64,000 nucleotides of DNA from an uncultured Candidatus Binatia bacterium (GTDB lineage: Bacteria; Desulfobacterota; Binatia; UBA9968; CAXXLF01), in the NCBI GenBank assembly GCA_965218425.1, contig OZ244621.1, positions 4,256,001 through 4,320,000 of the forward strand, given 5' to 3'. The position numbers and the translations under genes were made by a program. This document shows, one piece after another, positions 18,986 to 29,380 of this stretch; position 1 is the first letter of the stretch, and the number at the start of each line of letters is the position of its first letter. Under the pieces are notes generated by a model, which was not told the origin of the DNA, made no database searches, and was given only the letters and a program-made list of their open reading frames with translations.

Positions 18986-20725
18986 TCAGTATCTCCTTTC
19001 ACGGATGCCCAACCGCAGTCCGAAGGCCCTCGCCGTCACCGCCATACCAACGGCCATGAACAGGGTAATCAAGCTCACGATTCCCGCCGCTTCACGCATG
19101 CCGACTCCAGGTGCCGCAAACTCCAACGCCAGGATGGACAGCGTCCTTGTGCCGCGTGGCGCCAGCAGGATGATGCTGCTCGTCGTCGTCGCGGCATACA
19201 TGAAGTTCATCACCGCCAGTAGTACCAGGGTGGGCATCATCAGACGGAGCCAGATCTTAAAATACGTAGTCCACCATCCCGCCCCGGATACTCTGGCTTG
19301 TTCTTCCAGGTCCGCCCCCATCTGGAGATAGAAGGCCTTTGAGATCTGCACACCGGTGGTGTTGCCCTGGATGATCACGACGATGATCAGGGGGATCAGC
19401 GTCCCGTAGAGAGGGCGGAGGAAAGGCGTCCCCACGAACATCCACAGCAGACCGAGTCCTGCAAGCATGCCGGGGATGACCGCCGAGATCCAAATCAGGC
19501 CGTCAAGCGCTCCACGGGCAATCCACTTCGTCCGCACGATGATGTAGGCCAGCATGGAAAACAACAACGGGCTGACTATCGCGGCTGTTGTGGCTAGCCA
19601 CAGGGTATTCTTGAGTGAATTTAAGAAAACCGGGTCAGTCAGCACGAGCCGCCAGTGGTCCAATGTGTAGGTCGGCGTCAGGATGAAAATCCCTGCTCGA
19701 CGCATGAAGCTGCCAAGGAGCAGGCTAAGGACCGGCGCGACAATTAGCAGCGCCAGCACCAACAAGATCGCGCCGAAGATCACCCCTGTCCAGGGACCCA
19801 GGTTGACTCGGCCGGGCTTGAAGCTCCCGGTCACCGTGGTGTATTGCCTCCTGGTAAGGAGCCATCGCTGCAACGGGATGATGAACGCCACCAGCGCCAG
19901 CGTAATGCTGCCGAGGGCGGTCGCCGCCCCGTATTGAGGCGGTGAGTCGCGAGCCAGCTCGAAGAGCTTTGTTGAATAGACAAAGAACCCAAATGGAACG
20001 CCCAGTAGCTGCTCCGTCTCAAAGGACTCGAACATTCGTACCACACGCAACGCGAAGACCACCACCATCGGCGGTATCATGACCGGCAGCGTTACTCGCA
20101 GCATCGTCCGAAAGTTCGATGAGCCCGAGACGCGGCTCGCTTCTTCCAAACTCACGTCCATGTTCCGAAAGGCGGGGGTGAGCAGGATCACGCCTGATGG
20201 AACCGTGCTTCCCACAATGTGAACCCAAATGATGCCTGGGACGCTGAAGATGTTGAAAGGGCCGCTGTCAACGAAAGGAAGCCAGGTGATGGCCCGGTTG
20301 AGGAACCCAAGGACAGGATCCATGAGGAGCATCCAACCGATGGTGATGGAGATGGAAGGAACGAGGTATGCCACCCAGAAGAGGAACTCGAGGCCGTAAG
20401 TGAAGGGCATGCGCACTCGCGCGAGGGACCATGCGATGGCGATGGCTATGGGAAAACCGATAACCAATTGCAGGCCGAAGATGAGAAAGGTGTTGCCCAC
20501 CGCTGTGAATAGCTCGGGCTGGCTAAATGCATTGCGCCAATTGTCCAAGCCATAGACGGGATTTGCCAGAAGGCTATTGGTGATGTTGAAGCTGTTCAAC
20601 CCGATCAAGAAGATGGGATACAAAAAATAGAAGCCCAAGGTCAGCAGTATCACCACCATGACAAACGTGCCGGGTGACGGCACGCGGACCACGGCAGGGA
20701 GTTGTTCCCAAGTTCGGGATTGCAT
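18986..20725 (-). CDS. ABC transporter permease (FbpB-type, duplicated TM domain)
   Basis: Hydrophobic; two EAA loops (LEEASRVSGSS, LEEQARVSGAG). Confidence 0.92.
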   Translation of the reverse strand: MQSRTWEQLPAVVRVPSPGTFVMVVILLTLGFYFLYPIFLIGLNSFNITNSLLANPVYGLDNWRNAFSQPELFTAVGNTFLIFGLQLVIGFPIAIAIAWSLARVRMPFTYGLEFLFWVAYLVPSISITIGWMLLMDPVLGFLNRAITWLPFVDSGPFNIFSVPGIIWVHIVGSTVPSGVILLTPAFRNMDVSLEEASRVSGSSNFRTMLRVTLPVMIPPMVVVFALRVVRMFESFETEQLLGVPFGFFVYSTKLFELARDSPPQYGAATALGSITLALVAFIIPLQRWLLTRRQYTTVTGSFKPGRVNLGPWTGVIFGAILLVLALLIVAPVLSLLLGSFMRRAGIFILTPTYTLDHWRLVLTDPVFLNSLKNTLWLATTAAIVSPLLFSMLAYIIVRTKWIARGALDGLIWISAVIPGMLAGLGLLWMFVGTPFLRPLYGTLIPLIIVVIIQGNTTGVQISKAFYLQMGADLEEQARVSGAGWWTTYFKIWLRLMMPTLVLLAVMNFMYAATTTSSIILLAPRGTRTLSILALEFAAPGVGMREAAGIVSLITLFMAVGMAVTARAFGLRLGIRERRY

Positions 20726-20795
20726 GGGCGATGGCCTCCGCTAGGAACCCCTTACGGCACGGTTAATAACCTTGACCCGATCGTTCCTTACGTCG

Positions 20796-21986
20796 CTATG
20801 GCTTGCGTTGCAACGCTTGCCATTTTTTGGTCAGCTCTCTCGTGAAAACCAGCGCCTCCGCCCTGGCCGCCATGAATTTCGGGTCACTCTGCGGGTAGAT
20901 GTACTCTACCCCTTCCTGGAACCGGGCCTCCGGTCGCAGCATGTCGTTCGGAATGTCGACCCGGAAAGACTGGCGCTGCCTGTACCCATGGTGTATCGCG
21001 AGCTGGCCCTCACGGGACAGCCACCAGTTGATGAACACCTTTCGGGCATTTGGGTTCGGCGGGTTGGCGACGAGCATAACCATGCTCGCGCTGCCCCCGC
21101 CGGCCAGAACGTTCCCCTCCTTCATGGGGAACCTGTAGTCCATGATCTCGATTGGCGCCCCTGCTTCTTTGATCTCGTACATGTCGTCGGTGGCGCCGAC
21201 GAATATGGCGATGGCCTTCTTCCCGGTAATGACCCAGTCCTTAGCGGTTCTTGTGTCATCGATTATGGCAATCCCGGTTTCCAGGAAAAGCCTCTCGATC
21301 CACTTGGGTCCAAGCTTTGGATTCCCGTAGTACTCGGCGACGCTCCCTGCCTGGCCCTCTCTACCGAGATAGCCGCTGACGATCTTTCCGCGGTACTTGG
21401 GGTCCAGAAGGTCCCACAGGGAGGTGATCTCCTTTGGGTTCACCAGCTTCGTGTTCACCAGCAGCCCTGCGCCGCGAGGGCTTGCCGAGTGGAGGAAAAC
21501 GTACTTGCGCGCTTGGTCACCGTAGTGGTGCCTGCCGTTCCACCACAGGGATTGATCCTTGACCTCGGGCAAGATGAAATTCTCCGCCACCGGGTCCAGC
21601 GCTCCCTCCCTTATAAGAACCTCCCCGTTCGTTACCCCGCCCATGAAAACATCGACACTGTGCACGCCGGCGCGCTTCTCGGCGAGAATGCGGTTGGCCT
21701 CCTGCCCGCCCCGTGTGGCGCTGAGAGTGGGCTTGATGCCGTACTTCTTCCCGAATACGGGAAAAAGCGGGCGGAAAGAGCGCCTGATTTCTCCGCCGCC
21801 GGCTATAGAGATTTTGCCCTCGGCTTTCGCTGCTTTGAGAGTCTCCTCCCACTGAACCTTCCAATCCGCCTTCCCCGACGCCGGCAGCATCAAGAGGGCA
21901 ACGATGCCCCCGGCCAGCCAGATGCGCCGTCCTCCTCCCACGGGCCTTGTACCGATGGTCGCCGCGATCTTTCTGTGAGTTCCCAT
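20796..21986 (-). CDS. ABC transporter substrate-binding protein
   Basis: Signal peptide, AAKAEGKISI, PPNPNARKVFINWWLSREGQ. ATG 21986 follows GGAGG. Confidence 0.9.
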   Translation of the reverse strand: MGTHRKIAATIGTRPVGGGRRIWLAGGIVALLMLPASGKADWKVQWEETLKAAKAEGKISIAGGGEIRRSFRPLFPVFGKKYGIKPTLSATRGGQEANRILAEKRAGVHSVDVFMGGVTNGEVLIREGALDPVAENFILPEVKDQSLWWNGRHHYGDQARKYVFLHSASPRGAGLLVNTKLVNPKEITSLWDLLDPKYRGKIVSGYLGREGQAGSVAEYYGNPKLGPKWIERLFLETGIAIIDDTRTAKDWVITGKKAIAIFVGATDDMYEIKEAGAPIEIMDYRFPMKEGNVLAGGGSASMVMLVANPPNPNARKVFINWWLSREGQLAIHHGYRQRQSFRVDIPNDMLRPEARFQEGVEYIYPQSDPKFMAARAEALVFTRELTKKWQALQRKP

Positions 21987-22104
21987 TTTTGTACCCTCCA
22001 TTTCCATATCGACAATGGCCGACAAATATCAAATCCCGCCATAGGCGTCAATTTAAGTTATAAGGGTTAAAAGACCGACTGGTTTTAAGGACACATTACG
22101 GGTG

Positions 22105-22194
22105 TGAAAAATATGAAGGGACGTTGATTCATGAATGAGAGAACCGGCGGAATCAAATCGCAAGATCGGTTCCGCCTGATGGACGTCTACCAAC
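22105..22194. repeat. ~90-bp intergenic direct repeat, copy 2
   Basis: Gapless 70/90 match to 18835..18924. Confidence 0.85.
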
Positions 22195-22226
22195 AAACTT
22201 AGACTTTACCCCTGCCTCTATTTCTG

Positions 22227-23355
22227 TTATTTACTCTTTCCCCTTGTCTTCCCAACTATGGTGCGGGTCAACTTAAATATAGGAGTCATATCCTGCCACG
22301 CTGGCTGGTGAGTTTCCACATAGACTGCCCCCGGAATGAGTCTTCTGTGGGGAGAAACATGATCTTTCGGAATATCCAGTCTACGGGAATTCGGATGATC
22401 TCCACGCCTCCCTATTCTCTGAAGGGTCATTTGACCCTTGCGGGATAGGTACCAATTGACGAAGACCTTAGCAGCGTTTGGATGGGGAGCCCGGTCCAAA
22501 TAACTTAGTCCGCCGGCTCCAGGATTCGTACTCCCACCTTCCTTCCAATTCTCTCTGATAAAGAGGTCCACGGGAAGCCCCTGGGATTTTGCTGTGTAAC
22601 TCCTGCATGTGGAGCAAATCGCAAACTTGCCTGCAGCTAACCAGTCAGTCATTTGGCGTCGATCACTACTGTAGGAGATCTCCATGGTTCCGTAAAATTG
22701 TTTGATGAAATCAGGTCCCAATTGAGGATGGTAGTATAGGAACTTTAGCCAGCCCCCAAGGCTGACGCTTGTGGGCGGTAAGGAAACGATCTTTCCTATC
22801 CACTTGGGATTGAGCAGATCCCAATGTGATCTAAATTCTTTCGGATTGACGAAATCAACATGATATGATTCCCAGCGATCAGCATTTGCGATATAAGGAA
22901 ATATATATTTCCCTTCAGGATCCGCAAAATGAGTCTTCCCAAACCATTTTGATCGGTCCACAACTTCTGCAAGTAAGAACAAGTCACTGATTGGGGCAAG
23001 AGATTGGCTCTTGTAAAGGAAAGAGTACTGGCTACTAACACCGCCATTGTACAAGTCCACAATATATTTCCCTGCTCTTCGCTCCGCCATGATACGGCTA
23101 GCCACTCCACTGCTACGTCCGCGGACGACCAAAACCTTGATATCAGGATAAGTTTTTTGAAATTCCACAAATACTCTCTCATATCCGCTAATATATTATG
23201 GTAACCTGCCCTTCTTTCCTCGCGGCTTCGACAGTTCGTTCCCATTCTGCCTTCCAATCCGCTTGACTAGGCCAGCTAAAAGAAAGATCCAGACTCAAGA
23301 ACAATGCTAGAAACGAGCAAATTAACCGAATCAGATGCGCGTGAGTGAAATGCAT
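22227..23355 (-). pseudogene. ABC substrate-binding protein gene with a 1-nt frameshift
   Basis: ATG 23355 gives a signal peptide plus WKAEWERTVEAARKEGQVTI, then a stop. Removing one base at ~23196 restores VTIYISGYERVFVEFQKTYPDIKV into the 313-aa ORF. Could be a sequencing error. Confidence 0.8.
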
Positions 23356-23451
23356 ATTTCACCTCTATTATTCAGTGCGTCTCTCTAATCTTTACCCAAA
23401 ATCCAAAAAAAAGCACCGGGCCCCTATTGATCCTCGTATAATATAATGACA

Positions 23452-23958
23452 TCAGAAAAGGCTGGACTGTTTCCAGAAGGCGGTAACGAGACGAGGCCTG
23501 CGGCGCATTCGGCAAAGGGCGCGACGAGCATGGTGGCTGAGTTGAGCGAAGTCCTTGGCACAGAAGTTGGGCAGTTCATGATGCTTCCAGTATCCCCAGA
23601 GGTATTCGACGGGATTCAGTTCCGGTGCATAGGCCGGCAACCGTTCCAGCACCAACGCGCCTTCGGTAGCGGCAACAAAGTCCCGAACCAACCGGCTCTG
23701 GTGGCTGGGCAGTCCGTCCCACACTACCAGCAGCGGCCCGGAAACATGACGCATCAAGTGCTTCAGGAATTCGATGATCTGGGGGCTCTTGATGGCTCCC
23801 GGATACACTCGAAAGTACAAGCGCCACCAGGTGACTCCGGCGATGGCCGACAGACTCTTCCAGTTGAAGTGATATTGCAGCACTGGCGTCTGTCCTCGGG
23901 GCGACCACGTACGATACCGATTCGGCCGCTCGCTCAGCCCGCTTTCGTCCACGAACAC
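23452..23958 (-). CDS. IS630 transposase, DDE domain
   Basis: FVDESG, VWDGLPSH, LPAYAPELNPVEYLW. Reached by -1 frameshift at the A8G run 23990..23982. Confidence 0.9.
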   Translation of the reverse strand: MFVDESGLSERPNRYRTWSPRGQTPVLQYHFNWKSLSAIAGVTWWRLYFRVYPGAIKSPQIIEFLKHLMRHVSGPLLVVWDGLPSHQSRLVRDFVAATEGALVLERLPAYAPELNPVEYLWGYWKHHELPNFCAKDFAQLSHHARRALCRMRRRPRLVTAFWKQSSLF

Positions 23959-24461
23959 TATGGTTCGCCCCTCGTTTCGGGCTTTTTTTTAATCTCCGGC
24001 CAGCGCTTCTTCTTCCACTGCCGGATCGCCTCTTCATCTCGTTCCAAGGCACGTCCCGTCGGCCGCTGGCAACTCCACCCCAACTGCCGCAATATCCGCC
24101 AAACATAGCCCGGATGGTATGTGACTCCGCAGGCTTCCCCAATCAAGTGGGCCACTCGCCTTGCGGTCCACAGGCTCGTGTCGTACCCCAGCGCTTCGGG
24201 TCCCCGTTTCAAACCGCCCTCGATCTTCTTCAGATCCGCCGGGCTCAGTCGCGGCTTGCGTCCGGCACGCCCCGCCTGCTTGAGCCCGGCTCTGCCGCTC
24301 TCGGCCAACTGCCGCGCCCATCGATTCACCGACTGGCGGTGCACTCCCACCCAACGCGCCACCTCCGCCTCCGACAGCCCTCGCTTCAACAGCCTCCCCG
24401 CCTCCATCCGCCGCCGCTCCAATGCTTCAAAGTCCCGTCGCACTCCAAGTGGGTTTCCCAT
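23958..24461 (-). CDS. IS630 transposase, N-terminal HTH domain
   Basis: LSEAEVARWVGVHRQSVNRW, LWTARRVAHLI, GWSCQRPTGRALERDEEAIRQW. Confidence 0.9.
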   Translation of the reverse strand: MGNPLGVRRDFEALERRRMEAGRLLKRGLSEAEVARWVGVHRQSVNRWARQLAESGRAGLKQAGRAGRKPRLSPADLKKIEGGLKRGPEALGYDTSLWTARRVAHLIGEACGVTYHPGYVWRILRQLGWSCQRPTGRALERDEEAIRQWKKKRWPEIKKKPETRGEP

Positions 24462-24569
24462 ACCACCACTATACATTAAGTTCTTATCCAATGTCATTAT
24501 ATTATGCGGCTCTCAATAGATGTCAACATCATCGAGAAGAAAAACAAGGGCTCTGATGCATAGAGCTAC

Positions 24570-26192
24570 TTACTTCGATTTTGTGCCGGTATTTTCACGC
24601 TCCTGAGCAAACTTTTTCCCTGTTTCATAATACCGGCTTTCGACTGCTATACGGGCCTCTTGTTCCCGCTCTTTTGGCCAAAAACCCAGGTTCTCACCGT
24701 ACCAGGGTGTCTTGAGATGCAACGGAGGCAGACCTAGTTCATCCCAAATTTTCAATGCATGCTCCATGTACTCACGTTTCGGTAAAGAGGTTGGAGCATA
24801 GGGCCATTTTCGAGTTGCATCTATCATCATGCATGATGCCCGGGGATCCTCCCTTCTCATCTTTTCGCTCCTTCGCTTTTCCTCTGGGGCTGCAATTGAC
24901 GGATCTAGAGACATCTCATACATTGGCATCATACGAACATCACGCTTGGGTTGAAATCGAAAGGCAAGGGCCCAATTAACCGAGTCAGCATCCCGCGCAT
25001 CAATATCGTCGTCAACCACAACGATCATCTTCGAATACAATCTCGGAGGAAATACATCAAATATGCGCCCAACCTGGCCGGGCTTAGGGTCTTTAACCTG
25101 AACCACATCTAAGCCCCAGCTTCCGGTTGATTCATGCAGCGCAATTTGAAGGACATTGTCCATACCATGGTCTTCACGAAGAACTTTTATGATCATATTT
25201 TCCCGGGCAACTCCCCGCAGTATACTGCTCTCGCTGGGAGGGAACTGGCTGACGAAAGCTTGAAAGACTGGATTGTTGCGGTGGGTAATTGCAGTGACAT
25301 CCATAAATAGTGTGCTGTTCGTAGTTGTCATATAACCGGGAAACTCGCCAAAGGGCCCCTCCAATTCAAGCTCGTCGGTTGGAATGATTCCTTCCACGAC
25401 AATCTCGGCATGTGCTGGGACTTCCAGGTCCACAGTCTTGCATCTGACCAACTCCACAGGCTGTCCGGCAATCCCACCTGCCACATGGTACTCGTCCACA
25501 TCCCGTGGTAACTTTGCCGTGGCACAGTAAGAAAGATTCGGCGTCAATCCAATGATCAAGGCCGCCGGCATCGGCTCACCTCCATCTCGATATTTCTCCC
25601 ACTGGTACCACATGTCTTGAACCTTTCCCGCATTGCAACCCATCCGAAGAGGTGCCTTGATCTGACCCCGATAGTTGCCCAAATTGTAGCGCCCCGTTTC
25701 TGGATCGCGTGATAGCCAATAAGACGCGCTGGTATAGGGTGCGTTATCGAAACCAGGTGTGGAGATCGGCACAGGCAAGATGCCAACCCCTCCTAACCGT
25801 TCTAAATCCTTCCCAGTATAGACGTTCTCATGAACAAGACCATGGGCTACGAGCACCGGAGGTATGGGATTTTTTTGGGACGCGATCCATCGGTCGGTAA
25901 TTTGGCTCACATTATCGACCTGCATTCCTAAAGCGTAAATCTCCCGGGAAGCTGCGGTACACCCCACCACCACGGGCATATCAAAGGAACGGCCGGTCGA
26001 ATCCACCACATTTTCGAACAGAAATGCACGTCGCTCGGACTCAGGAAGACCACGGAACTGAAGACGTACGAGCGGGCCTATTTCGGTATCCTTATTGACC
26101 TGCCGCTTAACTCGGATGAGCTTTCCTCGCTGTTCCAGGATCGAAAGATAACTTTGCATGTCGGAATAATATTTAGCGGTTTTTTCACTCAT
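24570..26192 (-). CDS. UbiD-family (prFMN-dependent) decarboxylase
   Basis: NLGNYRGQ, VPAHAEIVVEG, EGPFGEFPGY, KMIVVVDDDID, IDATRK. Confidence 0.92.
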   Translation of the reverse strand: MSEKTAKYYSDMQSYLSILEQRGKLIRVKRQVNKDTEIGPLVRLQFRGLPESERRAFLFENVVDSTGRSFDMPVVVGCTAASREIYALGMQVDNVSQITDRWIASQKNPIPPVLVAHGLVHENVYTGKDLERLGGVGILPVPISTPGFDNAPYTSASYWLSRDPETGRYNLGNYRGQIKAPLRMGCNAGKVQDMWYQWEKYRDGGEPMPAALIIGLTPNLSYCATAKLPRDVDEYHVAGGIAGQPVELVRCKTVDLEVPAHAEIVVEGIIPTDELELEGPFGEFPGYMTTTNSTLFMDVTAITHRNNPVFQAFVSQFPPSESSILRGVARENMIIKVLREDHGMDNVLQIALHESTGSWGLDVVQVKDPKPGQVGRIFDVFPPRLYSKMIVVVDDDIDARDADSVNWALAFRFQPKRDVRMMPMYEMSLDPSIAAPEEKRRSEKMRREDPRASCMMIDATRKWPYAPTSLPKREYMEHALKIWDELGLPPLHLKTPWYGENLGFWPKEREQEARIAVESRYYETGKKFAQERENTGTKSK

Positions 26193-26587
26193 GCTTTTTT
26201 CCTCTTACCTATCAGGGGTTATCCGTAGATGCTTGAGTTGGTTTTATATACTGCTGGTTCAATCGCTATTCACACTCTATTTTACTCAAGGATTCTTGTT
26301 CCGATAGAGGCGTGTTCCTCTACCTGAAAGCCATATCGGGCCTATAGCAAACCTTCGTAATACGTGTCAATAAGGTTTCCAAAGGGTTTATGCCTGATTT
26401 AGCGTTATCCATTCCCCTGGAGGTATTCATGTCAAACCATCGGTTCAAAACCGCACATTTTGTTGAAGGGCTGCAATGGCTTGACTTTGTGAGTCCGCAG
26501 AAATAATTAGGTTATGAATTCTCGCTTGCTCGGTCCGGCCCATTGGATCTTTGAAGTACGAGGATGCACTTTGCATAAGGAGGCAAC

Positions 26588-27748
26588 GTGAAAAAACTCA
26601 ATCTCGCAATCAAAACGACATCGCTTATTTTCATCCTTTCCTGTCTGGGCCTGGCACAGGAAAGGCTCTCTGTTTCTGCTCAAGAAAAACCCTCCTGGCA
26701 GATTAAATGGCGTAAAACGGTTGAGGCCGCAAAAAAAGAAGGGCAGGTGACGATTTACGCATTTGGGGGTGCCACAATGCTCCCCATTGAGGCGGGTGTA
26801 TTCCAAAAGAGGTACCCAGAGATAAAAGTCGTCACAGTGAGCGGGAGTCCAGTGCGGCGTCTCCTCACAGAACGCAGAGCCGGCAAGTTCCTTGGGGACG
26901 TCGTTGTGGGTGGTTCCTCGACACCTTGGCGATTATATCGGGCCAAAGCACTGGATTCTATTAAAGCCGCAATGATATTGCCCGAGGTCCGTGATGAATC
27001 GAAATGGTGGCAAGGCAAGCATCGCTATACAGACCCAGAGAGAGAGTATGGTTTCGTGGTTATAGGGAATCCTCAGACGGGCGGCATCTACTATAACACA
27101 AACCTTATAAACCCAAATGAGTTCGGATCATTCTGGGACTTTCTTGATCCCAAGTGGAAAGGGAAAATCGCGGCCCGGGATGTAAGGTCGCCTGGTACTG
27201 GGACTTCAAATATGAGGGTTTTCTATTACAACCCCAAATTAGGTCCTCCTTTTATTCGGCGGCTTTTTAGTGAAATGGATATCACTCTTTTCCGTAATAG
27301 GAGGCAGGCGGTGGATTGGCTTGCGAATGGCAAGTATCCTATTTGCTTTTTCTGTTCCCGATCGACCATAGGTAGAGCTCAGCTGCAGGGGCTCCCAGTA
27401 GGTGCTTTTGGAGAAATGAAAGAAGGAGTTGGCCTCACGTCAAGTAGCGGCAATATTGGTTTAATGAATAAAGCACCTCATCCGAATGCAGCTAAGGTAT
27501 ATATTAACTGGTTCCTATCCCGCGAGGGACAACTCACATTGCAAAGAGAATATTCGAAAGCTCTAGTGAGCTCTTCAAATTCTCTGCGTATTGATATTCC
27601 AAAGGACATGATTCCACCGGCGCAGCGGCTTAGGGATGACGTTACGTATATTGAGGCGGACACCCCCGAACGGATGTTCATGAAACCCATTCTCAAAGTT
27701 TTTGTCGAGGCGCTGGCCGAGGCGAAATCACGGAAGAAGCATCGCTAA
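26588..27748 (+). CDS. ABC transporter substrate-binding protein
   Basis: Signal peptide, AAKKEGQVTIY, APHPNAAKVYINWFLSREGQ, SLRIDIPKD. Confidence 0.9.
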   Translation: MKKLNLAIKTTSLIFILSCLGLAQERLSVSAQEKPSWQIKWRKTVEAAKKEGQVTIYAFGGATMLPIEAGVFQKRYPEIKVVTVSGSPVRRLLTERRAGKFLGDVVVGGSSTPWRLYRAKALDSIKAAMILPEVRDESKWWQGKHRYTDPEREYGFVVIGNPQTGGIYYNTNLINPNEFGSFWDFLDPKWKGKIAARDVRSPGTGTSNMRVFYYNPKLGPPFIRRLFSEMDITLFRNRRQAVDWLANGKYPICFFCSRSTIGRAQLQGLPVGAFGEMKEGVGLTSSSGNIGLMNKAPHPNAAKVYINWFLSREGQLTLQREYSKALVSSSNSLRIDIPKDMIPPAQRLRDDVTYIEADTPERMFMKPILKVFVEALAEAKSRKKHR

Positions 27749-27791
27749 ATATCCTGGATCCAAAATGCGAGTTCGACCGGGATCGCAGCTC

Positions 27792-28808
27792 TCAATTGGC
27801 CTCCTCTTCACGATAGACACCTAAGGCTTCCATCACGGGTCTATCGTTCATGACAAAGAGGACCGCAGATTCACGTGAACGGCTGCCATGATGATGCCAT
27901 CGCCATAGTGGGACTACAAAAGTGTCTCCGGTCTCCCAATCATAACGAGTATCGCCAATGACCGTAAACCCCTTGCCCTCAAAGACATGATAGATCGCTG
28001 TACTCGTGTGGCGATGTGACCTAGTCTGTTCGCGCGGTCGTAACATTTGCATCTCGCACGAAAGCGTCGGAAGAGTGGGTCCACCGGTCAACGGATTTAC
28101 AAATCGTAGTAATATGCCTTCGAATGGGTCACCAGGTCTTTCACCCAAAACCCGCAAGGCGCTTTCAGTCTCTTTCCAAGGGTAACGATACGGGGGGGGC
28201 TGTATCGACTTCGAAGAGACCCAGTTTGCACGTACGGGACCTAATTCATAAGCAGAATGGTCCACGGGTTTTGTTAGGGTTTGTTGTTTTTCTTTGTATG
28301 GCTCACTGAATCCGACTTGCAGCAACCAGATCAAGGGACCATCGGCTCCATCCATCCACATAATGGGCTCCGAAGATCCGTTAAAGTGGTCGTGCCAGGT
28401 CAGGCCGGGCGTGGTAATGAAGTCGCCTCTCTCCATAGGAAACGGTTCCCCCTCAACTGTCGTCCGTGCGCCACCCCCTTTGAGCACAAATCGAATCGCA
28501 CCCATGGTGTGTCTGTGGGCCCGGGCAACTTCACCCGGGTTCACAATTTGAGCGCTGATCAGAAGGGTATGTGCGGCACCGTGCTTTAAAGTAGGGTTGC
28601 AAAAACTGATGGTTCTTCGCAAAGCATTTCCCTTGTCTACGACTTCTGCGGCCTCCACCAAGGCTTCATGTACATCCGTCCACCTCCACAAATAAGGTTC
28701 AAACGAGGAGCGGGGCTCTCTGGGAACATCCCTGGGAGTAGTATCGGTCCAGAATCCAACAAGGTTCTTCTTGGCTATTTTACGGTTAAAATCCTCTAAC
28801 CTGCTCAT
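27792..28808 (-). CDS. Gentisate 1,2-dioxygenase / 1-hydroxy-2-naphthoate dioxygenase-like bicupin
   Basis: PYLWRW, GEVARAHRHTMGAIRFV, TWHDHFN, NPLTGGPTLPT, SHRHTSTAIYHV. Confidence 0.88.
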   Translation of the reverse strand: MSRLEDFNRKIAKKNLVGFWTDTTPRDVPREPRSSFEPYLWRWTDVHEALVEAAEVVDKGNALRRTISFCNPTLKHGAAHTLLISAQIVNPGEVARAHRHTMGAIRFVLKGGGARTTVEGEPFPMERGDFITTPGLTWHDHFNGSSEPIMWMDGADGPLIWLLQVGFSEPYKEKQQTLTKPVDHSAYELGPVRANWVSSKSIQPPPYRYPWKETESALRVLGERPGDPFEGILLRFVNPLTGGPTLPTLSCEMQMLRPREQTRSHRHTSTAIYHVFEGKGFTVIGDTRYDWETGDTFVVPLWRWHHHGSRSRESAVLFVMNDRPVMEALGVYREEEAN

Positions 28809-29100
28809 GATATCCTCCTATGAGCAAGGCCGCGTGAAACGCATACAATTTCGGCCTAATCGTTACTTTTAAGTTAGATTCTTAATTGGCTTGCGGAGCG
28901 GTGTCAACCATTCGCATCCGAAACGGACAAGCCACTACTGTCGAGGTTCAGCGACAATGTGTTCCTGATGATAATTGATTCAATGCCAACTCTATTTCCA
29001 GCGGTTTGACAAGGGGCGGACAGGGTGATATTGGCCAGCTTGAGCCACCTAAACTAATTCCGTTTCGTTTTGAAGAACAAAAGTGACAGTAATAAAAAAG

Positions 29101-29292
29101 TGCTATCGCTTCTGGTTTGAGAGTTTGACCAAGCAATATGGATTGATGGAGGTGGAGGCTCATTATTTCCGGCTGCATGTCAGGAGGTCGGGGACATGAC
29201 AACCCGGTCAAGCCTACTTCAACTTTCTGAATGCTATTAATTACAGCCACCATCCTTCAAAGAGACTAAGCGACGTGGAGCAAAGTCGACGT
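29101..29292 (+). pseudogene. Decayed, internally deleted copy of the downstream heme-oxygenase-like gene
   Basis: Reads FWFESLTKQYGLMEVEAHYFRLHV..*..AYFNFLNAINYSHHPSKRLSDVEQSRR, versus LWFKSLVKHYGLTEDEAFYFHLHA...GYLSFLDMVYYTYHPTKRLSDVEQFRR in 29381..30199. Confidence 0.85.
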
Positions 29293-29380
29293 CAGCTCAA
29301 TGCATTTGCTTTGACACAGCATTGGTTATCAGGTTGTTAAGTTTCATGCCTTAGCAGGAAATGCGAAAGGAGTATCAAAG

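Larger units (their letters stand above)
23427..24516 (-). mobile_element. IS630-family insertion sequence
   Basis: IRs CTATTGA.......ATAATATAATGACAT (24/29, counting the target bases). TA duplicated at 23425-26 and 24517-18; the empty site reads CTAG. Confidence 0.93.

Noticed and set aside
18986..21986. Iron(III) uptake system (fbpAB)
   Set aside because: Only fold-level similarity. The context is aromatic catabolism, and FbpA-type iron ligands were not evident by eye.
20772..22070. 432-aa plus-strand ORF
   Set aside because: Antisense shadow of the SBP gene in GC-rich DNA with no recognisable motifs. The same applies to other long overlapping ORFs such as 6459..7238, 16410..17048, 17670..18314, 39483..40148 and 45388..46050.
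18835..22194. Integron attC sites or CRISPR repeats
   Set aside because: Only two copies 3.3 kb apart, no RYYYAAC/GTTRRRY ends, and no integrase or cas genes.
28948..29253. 101-aa minus-strand ORF in an intergenic gap
   Set aside because: It is antisense to the decayed heme-oxygenase-like relic and has no independent coding signal.
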